This document shows, piece by piece, positions 1-9,428 of a stretch of DNA of 64,000 nucleotides (its first letter is position 1; each line of letters starts with the position of its first letter). The DNA lies in contig OY769902.1 of the NCBI GenBank assembly GCA_963669175.1, positions 3,136,001 to 3,200,000 on the forward strand, read 5' to 3'. The DNA is from a bacterium. GTDB taxonomy: Bacteria; Electryoneota; Electryoneia; Electryoneales; Electryoneaceae. The notes under the pieces are model-generated. The model ran no database searches. It saw only the letters and a program-made list of their open reading frames with translations, and was not told the origin of the DNA. The translations under genes were made by a program, and so were the position numbers.

Positions 1-2466
1 ATGATGGGGGTGCAGACAATTTTGCTGGTAGAGGACAATGTTAAGTTCTATTCTGCGTATCTGCCGGCAATTTATACGGAAGTAATGAAGCAGTCACAGA
101 ACCTGATCAGCGAAGGTTTGAACCTGCCGGACAAGCTGCTGCGTATGCGTGCGCGTCCCAAGATTCTCCACGCTACCACGTACGAACAGGCATGGGAATA
201 TTACACCCGTTATGAAGAGTATATGCTGGGTGTATTGACGGATATTGAATTCCTGCATGGCGGGAAAAAGGATTCGCGTGCAGGTGTTGAATTGGCGCAA
301 CAGATGCGGAAACGTCGTCCCGAATTGCCTATTCTGATGCAGTCTTTTGATGGGTCAAACGCTGAACGAGCTCAAGAAGTCGGAGCGAATTTCGCAAAGA
401 AGAATTCACCCACCTTGCTCAAGGAATTACGTGCATTCATGATGAGTAATTTCGGGTTTGGCGATTTCATCTTCAGGAAACAGGAAGGCGGGGAAGAGCT
501 GGATCGTGCGGTTGATCTGCGATCCCTGCAAACGAAACTTCAAACTGTGCCGGCAGAGTGCCTGGTGTATCATGGGCAACGTGATCACTTTTCAACCTGG
601 TTGAAGGCGCGGACTGAATTCGACCTGGCCCAGAAATTAAAACCGAGGAAGGTGGAAGATTACGGATCTCCGGAAGATCTTCGTCTGGAACTGATCGAGT
701 CACTGGGGACATTTCGCCAGGAACGACGGCGTGCGCTGGTAACCGATTTCGATCCGATCAATTTTGAAGCCAGCGGAACCTTCGCAGTTATTGGCGAGGG
801 ATCGCTTGGCGGGAAGGCGCGAGGATTGGCTTTCGCTAACAGGTTGATCGAGTTGAGTGGGCTTAGAGATGAATTCAGTGACATTGAGATCAGTGTTCCA
901 CCTACAGTTGTGCTTAGTACCGATATCTTCGACAAGTTCATGGAAGCAAATGATTTGTGGGAGTTTGCGCTACACTGCGAGGATGATGAGAAGCTGACAG
1001 AGAGATTCTTGCAGGCAGAATTACCTGAAGCGATTGAAGCCAACCTGCGCTTCCTGACTGAGCTGATGGATTGCCCCCTGGCGGTACGTTCCTCAAGCTT
1101 GCTGGAAGATTCGCAATACCAGCCTTTTGCCGGTGTTTACGAGACGTTCATGCTGGCGAATGATCATCCAGATCCCACACGGCGAATAGACATTCTCGCT
1201 GAAGTAATCAAACGGATTTACTGTTCAACCTTCAAGACCGTATCAAAACGCTATATAAAGGCCACGGCATATCGTCTTGAAGAAGAGAAAATGGCGGTGA
1301 TGATCCAGAGCGTGGTGGGGGCGCCTCATGAGGATCGTTTTTACCCGGATGTTTCCGGTGTGGCCAAATCACATAATTTTTATCCTGTCAGGAAGATGAA
1401 ATCCAGTGATGGTGTGGCCATGGTGGCGCTGGGACTTGGGGCTACGGTTGTTGACGGCGGGAAAGTGATTCGTTTCTGTCCACGCTATCCGAAACATATG
1501 CACCAGTTTGGTACGGTTGATGATTACCTGGATAATACGCAACGTGAATTCTACGCGCTGAAATTGCACGATGAAGTCAAGGAAGGTATGTCGCGTATCA
1601 CGCCACAGTTGTTTGACCTCAGTGTAGCCGAAAAGGATAACACGCTTCATCGTGTTGCGTCGGTGTATTCGCCTGACAACGAGGCGGTATATGATGGGTT
1701 ATCGCGCAAGGGTGTGCGCCTTGTAACATTCGCTCCTATCCTGAAACATAACCTCTTTCCATTACCTGAAATTGTGCGATCCCTGCTTGAGCTTGGGGCG
1801 CACGGAATGGGGCGTGCGGTAGAACTGGAATTTGCGGTTAATCTCTCTACACCCCGTGGAAAACCCAAAGAATTCATGTTATTGCAGATGCGTCCGATGG
1901 TACTCCAGAACGAAATGGAAGAGTTGGACTTCGGCGCTGTCAGGGAAAAGAACCTGCTGTGTCGAAGCAAGAATGTGTTGGGGATGGGAAAGGTAGATAC
2001 GATCAGAGATATTGTCCTGGTGGACCGTGAGAAGTACGACCGTGCAGATTCCCGAAGAGTGGCAGACATTGTTGGCAAAATGAATGGCAAGTTGATGAGG
2101 GAAAACAGGCCGTATTTGCTGATAGGGGTGGGGCGTTGGGGATCATCCGACCCGTTCCTTGGCATTCCTGTTCACTGGGGGCAGATTGCCGGCGCCCGGG
2201 TGATTGTTGAGACCGGCTTCAAAGATATGAAGGTCACTCCCTCGCAGGGGGCGCATTTTTTCCATAACCTGACCGCGTTCAGAGTTGGCTATTTCACCGT
2301 GAATCCGGACAAAGGCGATGGCATGCTTGACTGGGAGTGGCTGAAGAATGCCCCCGTAGTTGAAGAGGACGATCCTGTCAGGCATCTCCGCTTCATTCAG
2401 CCACTGGAAATCAAGATGAACGGCAAGAATAACGCAGGTATTATCAGCAAGCCCCCAAAGAGGTAG
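1..2466 (+). CDS. PEP/pyruvate-binding (PEP synthase/PPDK N-terminal ATP-grasp) protein with receiver-like N-terminal region; probably 5'-truncated by the window edge
   Basis: ILLVEDN receiver-like start; IGEGSLGGKARGLAF, PLAVRSSSLLEDS..PFAGVY and ELEFAV..LLQMRP motifs. Confidence 0.85.
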   Translation: MMGVQTILLVEDNVKFYSAYLPAIYTEVMKQSQNLISEGLNLPDKLLRMRARPKILHATTYEQAWEYYTRYEEYMLGVLTDIEFLHGGKKDSRAGVELAQQMRKRRPELPILMQSFDGSNAERAQEVGANFAKKNSPTLLKELRAFMMSNFGFGDFIFRKQEGGEELDRAVDLRSLQTKLQTVPAECLVYHGQRDHFSTWLKARTEFDLAQKLKPRKVEDYGSPEDLRLELIESLGTFRQERRRALVTDFDPINFEASGTFAVIGEGSLGGKARGLAFANRLIELSGLRDEFSDIEISVPPTVVLSTDIFDKFMEANDLWEFALHCEDDEKLTERFLQAELPEAIEANLRFLTELMDCPLAVRSSSLLEDSQYQPFAGVYETFMLANDHPDPTRRIDILAEVIKRIYCSTFKTVSKRYIKATAYRLEEEKMAVMIQSVVGAPHEDRFYPDVSGVAKSHNFYPVRKMKSSDGVAMVALGLGATVVDGGKVIRFCPRYPKHMHQFGTVDDYLDNTQREFYALKLHDEVKEGMSRITPQLFDLSVAEKDNTLHRVASVYSPDNEAVYDGLSRKGVRLVTFAPILKHNLFPLPEIVRSLLELGAHGMGRAVELEFAVNLSTPRGKPKEFMLLQMRPMVLQNEMEELDFGAVREKNLLCRSKNVLGMGKVDTIRDIVLVDREKYDRADSRRVADIVGKMNGKLMRENRPYLLIGVGRWGSSDPFLGIPVHWGQIAGARVIVETGFKDMKVTPSQGAHFFHNLTAFRVGYFTVNPDKGDGMLDWEWLKNAPVVEEDDPVRHLRFIQPLEIKMNGKNNAGIISKPPKR

Positions 2467-2486
2467 ATGCCATTATTTATAACAGA

Positions 2487-2978
2487 TCAGTGATTGCCGT
2501 TCTTGTTGTCATTGTGGATCTGTCTGATTTTCGGGCCGAGAATATGCTTTTCAAACAGGCTGATGACCAGGAGAAGCAATACAATTCCGACAGATAGAAT
2601 GAACCCGGGCAGCATATAGCCTAATCCAATGATCATTCCGATTCCAGCCGCAACCCAGATGGTCGCTGCAGTCGTTAAACCTCGTATTTTATCCTGCGAC
2701 ATCAGGATTGTTCCTGCGCCAATAAAACCGATACCGGAAACAATTTGAGCAGCGATTCGACCGGGATCGCTGACATAGCTGACAACGCCATTCAGGTCTT
2801 TCGAAAGACCGACGATGAGTGACAGGATCATGAACAGACATGCCCCAAGAGTGATCAGGGTGATGGTCTTGAGGCCCGCTGCTTTCTGACGGAATTCACG
2901 TTCAAAACCAATCAATGCTCCAGCCAGGATGGCTACCAGCAGTCTTTCACCAATTATTAGCCAGTGTTCAAACGTCAT
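2487..2978 (-). CDS. MgtC/SapB family membrane protein
   Basis: GALIGFERE..KAAGLKT, DPGRIAAQIVSGIGFIGAG, GLTTAATIW motifs. Confidence 0.93.
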   Translation of the reverse strand: MTFEHWLIIGERLLVAILAGALIGFEREFRQKAAGLKTITLITLGACLFMILSLIVGLSKDLNGVVSYVSDPGRIAAQIVSGIGFIGAGTILMSQDKIRGLTTAATIWVAAGIGMIIGLGYMLPGFILSVGIVLLLLVISLFEKHILGPKIRQIHNDNKNGNH

Positions 2979-3335
2979 GTGCTAACCTCTTTGTTTTCTT
3001 TACCATGTATGATACTGCTAAAATGATCAACAGTGCAAATATCTGCATAGTGAGTTGTGAGAATCTTCGTAGGGTTCATATAAACAAAAATATACGAACA
3101 CACTTGTGTCATTTGTGACGCTATCCTCGGAGGGCAGAAAGACCTCAGGAGACTCTCTCTCTATTAATAGTACTTTTTTTTCCGAGAACGCCTCTACTTA
3201 CAGAGCATCTAACAGAGGCTTGTATTATTTTAACCAGCTAAATGAGAAGTCCACCGGATCGTACAGAAGTTTCAGTTCTTTTCATAAACGGCCTGGACAA
3301 CAGGTGAGCCCGCATTGATTTGGAGGGACAGAAAG

Positions 3336-6300
3336 ATGCGAAGATGTGCCGTGGTGTTGTTGATGTTGGCTTTGGTGGGACTAGCCACTGCTTCCGAAAC
3401 TGCTTCCTTAACCGACCAAACCATCCAACCTTTGCAAGTAGTCAACAGACAGATTACAGATTCCGGGATCAGTCTGACGCTTGAGGTTGGCGAACCGATG
3501 TGGATTTCCGTTGATGCCGAAAACGGCGATCAACTCGAGATGGCCTCATATCCCTTAAGTGGCTACATCTCAGAAGATGGTATGCCGGCTGTCCCGGTAG
3601 CTTCTTCACTTTTCAGGATTCCACCACGCAGTGGTGTATCTGTTGAGATTATCGAGGCAGAATACGAGACTTATTCAGATGTTGAATATGCCTCTATGTA
3701 TACCGAGGAACTTGACGACGGCATCAACGAGATTTACAGGCGAGCAAATGCCGAAGATCGCTGGTTCCCGGGCAACCTGGCTGAAGCAGGCGAGCCGGCA
3801 ATCTTCCACGATTTCCGTGTTACCAACCTGTTGACCTATCCTGTCCAGGTGAACCCTGCCAGACGTGAAGTACGCGTGTATTCAAATATCAGAGTCCAGA
3901 TCACCTACGAAGGTGTTGATGAACGTAACGCCCTTGAGGACTGGCCCACCCGGATCAGCCGTTCCATGGTCCCCAAGTACGAGGCATTCCTTGATTGGGA
4001 GCTGGATGAGCTGAACGACTACGAATTTTATGATGGCAATGTCCAAGTTGTCATGGTTGATGATGATGCTCTCTGGGCCGCGATGGAAGACTGGTTTACC
4101 TGGAAACGGGAAAAGGGCTGGAAGCTCGATTTTATTCACCCTGCCGATGTTGGCACCTGGTCCGCAGCAAACATTCGCGCAGAACTGATCGAACGCTACA
4201 ACAACAATCCTGACAAGTTTGATTACATCGTTATCATTGGTGACGACCAGGGTTCCTTTGCTGTTCCCCCCGGATCTGGCAGCAGTGGCTACGGCGCTGG
4301 TGACCAACCCTACAGTTGTATTGTTGGTGATGATAACCTGGCTGATATCGGTATTGGTCGTATTTCAATACAGACAGTGGCCCAGGCTGTTGCTTACCAG
4401 CAAAAAGTACTCACGTACGAACGCGATGTTGATTTTGACAATACCGACTGGTATTTGCGTGGAATGCTGAACCGGGCCGACACCCATGCCGGTATCAGCA
4501 AGGTCATCATGCTTCGTTATTACAAATATCTCATGTTACAACATCTCGGCTTCACCCAGGTTGATACGGTGATGTGGGGTAATGGCGATAACTTTGCCAT
4601 GCAGCGTATTGATGATGGCGTCAGTTTCTACGGCGGGCGCGGCTATTTGGGATATGGTCTAAGCACTGGCGAAATAGCTCAGCTCGAAAATGACAATATG
4701 ACCCCTGTTGTTATTGATGTGACCTGCGGAACGGGAAACTGGTCGCAAGGGACATCCATCAGCGAAGCCTACATGCTGGCAGGAACAGTGCAAGCTCCTC
4801 GTGGTGGTGTAGTTGCCATGTCCATGGCGACATCAGGAACCCGCCCGGACTTCAACAATGTTCTGTCCGGAGCATCCGGCTGGTCCATGCTGCAAATGCA
4901 ATGGCCGACACCGGGTGACATGATGCTTGCCGGTAAGATTAACGGCTGGGTGAACTACCACGGGCATAACGATGCTACGTTGAACAGCTTCCTTCAGTGG
5001 TACAACCTGATGGGTGACCCGCTTGTTTACATCTGGACAGATATTCCCCACGAACTGGATGTTGATGCTCCTGCAAGCATGGTTCTGGGGCAGCATGAGT
5101 ATTCAGTCATCGTGACCGAGGATGGCGAACCGGTTGTTGATGCCTGGGTTACCTTCCTGAAAGAATCCGGCGGTGACAATATTCAGGTTTCCAAGTACAC
5201 AGACGAGACCGGTTCAGTAACATTCTATCCTGAAGTTGGTGGCGCCGGTGAGGCAAAACTGACTGTAACAAAGTACAATTGTGCGCCAGTGCAGGTTGAT
5301 GTTGCTGTTAGCGCCTTTAATGCTACTGTTGGCTGGGATGGCATCACAATCATAGACAATGGTGTCGGCGGCACTATTGGCGATGGTGATGGTATTCCGG
5401 AAGCTGGGGAACGTGTTGGTCTGCAAATGCTGCTGAAGAACTATGGTGGCGCTGAAGCAACCGACATCAGCATCACCGGTGATTCGGACGATCCCTACAT
5501 CAACGATGTATACGGTTCTGTCAGTCTTGGCTCGCTGAGTCCCAACCAGTCTTCGCAAGGTAGCGGTATGGTTATCGTTGATATCGCAGACTTCGCGCAG
5601 GACAGATGGCTTGCCATTATTAACCTTGCCATCGAAACTGACGATGGTACAGTTGAGGATGCCTACCAGCTTACCCTCAATGCTCCCAACTTTGTGATTA
5701 CCCAGGTTACGCTTTCAGGAGATTTACAGCCCGGACAGTCACGTGAGGCTATCTTGACGGTTGGCAATATCGGTGGCAGCGATGCAACTGCCGGTACCGC
5801 CTTGTTTGTCAGCCGCGATCCATGGTTGCGTGTTACCCAGTATAATGGTACTGTCCCGGCTTTGGATATCAATAGCGCTGGTGTCAGTTCAAGTTTCCAG
5901 GTTGAAGCGCTTGTTGGAAGCTTCCCGGGCTATGAGGCGAAAGCCATGTTGCTGGTAACCACTGAAACCGGTCAGGTTGATACTGCATACACGACAGTAC
6001 TTTTCGGTACACGTGAAGAGAGCGATCCGATTGGCCCGGACAACTACGGTTACATGGGATTTGACAACATCGATACCGATTGGGACTATGCTCCTGTGTA
6101 CGATTGGGTAGAGATTAACCCGGATGCACCCAACAACGACTATTCAGGCATTGCGCTGGATATTTCGGACCTTGCGGAAAATGATGAAGATGAAGACATG
6201 GGTGTAACCCTGGATCTGGAAGAAATTGCATTCCCGATTCAGTATTACGGCGAGACCTTCACAGAGATTTCCGTTCATAGTAACGGTACCGTTGCTATGG

Positions 6301-8411
6301 GCGCCCAGGCCAGCATTTCATCCAACCGTAACTGGACTATCCCAAGCGCGGCAGGCCCCAGCGGAATGCTTGCTCCTTACTGGGATGAGCTACAGACCAA
6401 CGGTGACTGTGCTATCCTCTATCATTATGATGAGGATAATGATCGCCTCATTTTCGAATTCTACAAAATGCGGCATCATGTTACCAGTTACGAGAGCACT
6501 TTTGAAGTTATCATCTATGATACGGAAGCGTATCCCACCGCGACGGGCGATAACGAAATTGTTTTCCAGTACGGTGAGTGTGATCATTCCACTGGTGGTA
6601 TGACAAACGATGTTCCTTACTGGACAACCGGTATTGAGAGTAACGATCAGTCCGACGGTCTGCTGGTTGCCTATTGGAACGAGTATACCGATGGTTCTGC
6701 CAGCATCACCCAGGGACGCGCCATTAAGTTTACTACCAACATTGCTGTACCGGTTGGAAGGATTCATGGTGTGATTTCGGATCTGGAAACTGGCAATCCG
6801 ATTGAAAATGCCATTGTTCGTACAAGCGACTGGATGTTCACGGCTGTAACAGATGCTGAAGGTGAGTATGCGATTGACAGCGTATTCATCGGCAATTACG
6901 ATCTGGTTGTCGAAGCAGTCTGCTACAACGAAACGACGATAGAGAACATATCTGTCGCTGATGGCAGTGATGAAACTGCGAATGCGCAGATGACTCACCC
7001 GGAGTTTGAGCTGTCAACATTGATGCTTTCGACTGAAATTGCTCCGGATTCCGCAGTCTTCCTCGAGTTCGCGATCAACAACGATGGCAACGGCCCGCTA
7101 ACCTACAATGCCAGCCTGCATTTCCCGAATGAAGCATTGCTTAACGGCAATGGTGATTCAGGAAACAGGGGACCGGTACAGAGTGATAACGAGCTGGATG
7201 AAGCCTGGGATCAGATTTACCAGTTCGATTTAGATCAGATGGAGCTGCGTTATCGTGGTGTCGTTTTCGATGGTGAATATTTCTGGTTGAGCGGTTCCAA
7301 CAACTATGATGTCAGCGGTCCGAACAAGCTGTACCAGTACGATGCTGAAGGTATGTACCTGGCGACATTCGATCAGCCGGTACCGGCTGAGGATCGTACC
7401 AGCCAGGGCTTCTACGGCATGGCATGGGACGGTGAATACTTGTATGCGGCGGATGGCGGCATCATGTACCAGATGGAGTTCGATGAAACGGAATGGACTG
7501 TTCTCGACACATGGGAAGTCCCGGCCAACCCGGCACGTTATATCGTACTCGATCCGAACACGTACTACTTCTACATTGGCGATTATGGTACAGAGATCCG
7601 TGCGATACATCCGGACAGCTCAGATATAATCTACGAATTCGGTCAGGAATTCTATCCTCGCGGCGGTGGTTGGTTCCCGGAAGATGAGGATGGATACAAC
7701 ATTTACTTCATCGCACAGCAAAGCGGCGAAGCGATGATCAGTTTTGTCAAGATGGACCCGGTTACTGGCGATACACGTCCTATCTATTCGACACAGGTCG
7801 AAGAAGGCTATCTTGCTACTGGCGGCGACATTACCTACTTCTGGGATCCGTCCGTGTGGCAATTCATCAGCGTGCTGGAAAGCAGCGATCTGGACAAGGT
7901 GACTCTCTGGGAAGTTGATACCTACTCCAACTGGGTAGAAGTACTCAATCCGACTGGAACAGTTGAAGCTGAGGGAAGCAATACCGTGGAACTGCGTGTG
8001 CATTCCTATGGTTTGCCGCCGGATACTTTCAACGTGGCAATCGAGATCAGCCATGACGCCTGTACTGAAAACCAGGAATGGGTCGATCTGACCATGATCG
8101 TTTACGATCCCAAGGGAATCGAAGATCATGATGTCACTGACCTGCCGACCGAGTTCTCGTTTGATGGTGCGTACCCGAACCCGTTCAACCCGGTCGCAAC
8201 AGTTCGCTTCGGCCTGCCACAAACAGCGGTCGTGAAGGCTACAGTATTCAACCTGTTGGGCCAGAAGGTTGCCACATTGACGAATCAACCGATGCAGGCG
8301 GGATACCACCAGCTTACCTTTGATGGAAGTAACCTGGCCAGCGGCATGTACTTCCTGAACTTCCAATCCGGTCCGATCAACGAGACGACAAGGTTGATCC
8401 TGATGAAGTAG
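3336..8411 (+). CDS. Secreted C25 (gingipain-like) peptidase-family protein, paralogue 1: signal peptide, propeptide, catalytic domain, Ig-like repeats, CarboxypepD_reg-like domain, propeller-like region, T9SS-type C-terminal domain
   Basis: GGAGG RBS before ATG 3336; YIVIIGD, DIGIGRIS, DVTCGTG, YNLMGDP motifs; C-terminal YPNPFNP...LASGMYF...LILMK. Confidence 0.88.
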   Translation: MRRCAVVLLMLALVGLATASETASLTDQTIQPLQVVNRQITDSGISLTLEVGEPMWISVDAENGDQLEMASYPLSGYISEDGMPAVPVASSLFRIPPRSGVSVEIIEAEYETYSDVEYASMYTEELDDGINEIYRRANAEDRWFPGNLAEAGEPAIFHDFRVTNLLTYPVQVNPARREVRVYSNIRVQITYEGVDERNALEDWPTRISRSMVPKYEAFLDWELDELNDYEFYDGNVQVVMVDDDALWAAMEDWFTWKREKGWKLDFIHPADVGTWSAANIRAELIERYNNNPDKFDYIVIIGDDQGSFAVPPGSGSSGYGAGDQPYSCIVGDDNLADIGIGRISIQTVAQAVAYQQKVLTYERDVDFDNTDWYLRGMLNRADTHAGISKVIMLRYYKYLMLQHLGFTQVDTVMWGNGDNFAMQRIDDGVSFYGGRGYLGYGLSTGEIAQLENDNMTPVVIDVTCGTGNWSQGTSISEAYMLAGTVQAPRGGVVAMSMATSGTRPDFNNVLSGASGWSMLQMQWPTPGDMMLAGKINGWVNYHGHNDATLNSFLQWYNLMGDPLVYIWTDIPHELDVDAPASMVLGQHEYSVIVTEDGEPVVDAWVTFLKESGGDNIQVSKYTDETGSVTFYPEVGGAGEAKLTVTKYNCAPVQVDVAVSAFNATVGWDGITIIDNGVGGTIGDGDGIPEAGERVGLQMLLKNYGGAEATDISITGDSDDPYINDVYGSVSLGSLSPNQSSQGSGMVIVDIADFAQDRWLAIINLAIETDDGTVEDAYQLTLNAPNFVITQVTLSGDLQPGQSREAILTVGNIGGSDATAGTALFVSRDPWLRVTQYNGTVPALDINSAGVSSSFQVEALVGSFPGYEAKAMLLVTTETGQVDTAYTTVLFGTREESDPIGPDNYGYMGFDNIDTDWDYAPVYDWVEINPDAPNNDYSGIALDISDLAENDEDEDMGVTLDLEEIAFPIQYYGETFTEISVHSNGTVAMGAQASISSNRNWTIPSAAGPSGMLAPYWDELQTNGDCAILYHYDEDNDRLIFEFYKMRHHVTSYESTFEVIIYDTEAYPTATGDNEIVFQYGECDHSTGGMTNDVPYWTTGIESNDQSDGLLVAYWNEYTDGSASITQGRAIKFTTNIAVPVGRIHGVISDLETGNPIENAIVRTSDWMFTAVTDAEGEYAIDSVFIGNYDLVVEAVCYNETTIENISVADGSDETANAQMTHPEFELSTLMLSTEIAPDSAVFLEFAINNDGNGPLTYNASLHFPNEALLNGNGDSGNRGPVQSDNELDEAWDQIYQFDLDQMELRYRGVVFDGEYFWLSGSNNYDVSGPNKLYQYDAEGMYLATFDQPVPAEDRTSQGFYGMAWDGEYLYAADGGIMYQMEFDETEWTVLDTWEVPANPARYIVLDPNTYYFYIGDYGTEIRAIHPDSSDIIYEFGQEFYPRGGGWFPEDEDGYNIYFIAQQSGEAMISFVKMDPVTGDTRPIYSTQVEEGYLATGGDITYFWDPSVWQFISVLESSDLDKVTLWEVDTYSNWVEVLNPTGTVEAEGSNTVELRVHSYGLPPDTFNVAIEISHDACTENQEWVDLTMIVYDPKGIEDHDVTDLPTEFSFDGAYPNPFNPVATVRFGLPQTAVVKATVFNLLGQKVATLTNQPMQAGYHQLTFDGSNLASGMYFLNFQSGPINETTRLILMK

Positions 8412-8458
8412 CAGGGAAGAAGATGAAGGCCTTGCGCTTTCACTGAGATGTGATTTCT

Positions 8459-8491
8459 ACCGGCAACGTCTTATGGCGTTGCCGGTTTTTT
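8459..8491 (+). terminator. Intrinsic terminator after C25 paralogue 1
   Basis: ACCGGCAACGTC-TTAT-GGCGTTGCCGGT hairpin followed by a T run. Confidence 0.85.
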
Positions 8492-8669
8492 GGGTTCGCA
8501 CGGCTATTGCATCAACTACTGACGCTCGATAGAATTCTGCTGAAAATACCCTGACTTGACGATAGCAGGGAGTGAGGTTTCAACCGAAGAGAAGCTGAGA
8601 TTGGGCGGAAAACAGAAAGGTGAAATGCCAAAACCTATATGGATTTTCAGCTATGTTAGTATAGCAGGA

Positions 8670-9290
8670 TTACGAAAGTTCAGGACGTGTCACAAAAAGA
8701 TAATTGTATATCACTACCGACAGTTCATGCAGGAAATCTTCCTTCTCCAGATTCTGCTCAAAGACAGTGTATGAACGGAAAGATTCCTTGAGGAGCAAGA
8801 GAAGAAGTTGGGCTGATTTCTTCTTGTCCGGGACACAGACTTCATCACCGAAACTCTCGATTAGTTTAGTCAAAAGAGCAACAGTGACTTGCTCCTCTTT
8901 TTTATGAAATTCCTCAAAACGCCAGTTGCTGTATCGTAGTCCGGAAACCTGCCGCTGAAGTGATTCAGGAAGGTTCCTGGTATCCAACATCATTCGCAAT
9001 ATCATGTAGATCGTCTCAAAAGGGGGCCTCTGTTCTGAGTTCTGCAACATCTTTGCGATTGAATCTTCTACCTGAATCTGTTTCTGCTGATGCACGATTT
9101 CGAGGAGAACATCAACCTTGTCTTCAAAATAGGAGTAAAAGGTACCAACCGATACACCCGCAGCCCTGGCAATTTCCTTGGTGTTCGTTTCGTCCAGACC
9201 TTTGTGGCAAAACAGACCATACGAAACGTCGATAATTCTCTGCTTCTTTTCCTGGCTTCTTTGTTGAACAGGTGTTCTGACCTTTTCCAT
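8670..9290 (-). CDS. TetR/AcrR family transcriptional regulator
   Basis: N-terminal HTH: LFCHKGLDETNTKEIARAAGVSVGTFYSYFEDK. Confidence 0.95.
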   Translation of the reverse strand: MEKVRTPVQQRSQEKKQRIIDVSYGLFCHKGLDETNTKEIARAAGVSVGTFYSYFEDKVDVLLEIVHQQKQIQVEDSIAKMLQNSEQRPPFETIYMILRMMLDTRNLPESLQRQVSGLRYSNWRFEEFHKKEEQVTVALLTKLIESFGDEVCVPDKKKSAQLLLLLLKESFRSYTVFEQNLEKEDFLHELSVVIYNYLFVTRPELS

Positions 9291-9329
9291 AAAAACAATT
9301 TATTCGGTTTGAAAATCAGAATCAAGGGT

Positions 9330-9409
9330 AAACCTGAACTTAGTTCTCATTTGCTCTTGACAAGGCATGCGCGCGCACCTATCTTTTAATGTGAACTTGG
9401 TTCATGTTT
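9330..9409. promoter_or_regulatory. Two inverted copies of a probable TetR operator flanking a sigma70-type promoter for the methyltransferase
   Basis: AAACCTGAACTTAGTTCTCATTT (9330-9352) resembles the reverse complement of AATGTGAACTTGGTTCATGTTT (9388-9409), core TGAAC-N3-GTTCA; TTGACA 9357-9362, 17 bp spacer, TATCTT 9380-9385. Confidence 0.7.
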
Positions 9410-9428
9410 TAACCTGACGGAGGTTTTG

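Noticed and set aside
8502-8513. GGCTATTGCATC downstream of both C25 genes (also near 21469)
   Set aside because: A 12 bp match is expected many times by chance in 64 kb and does not extend
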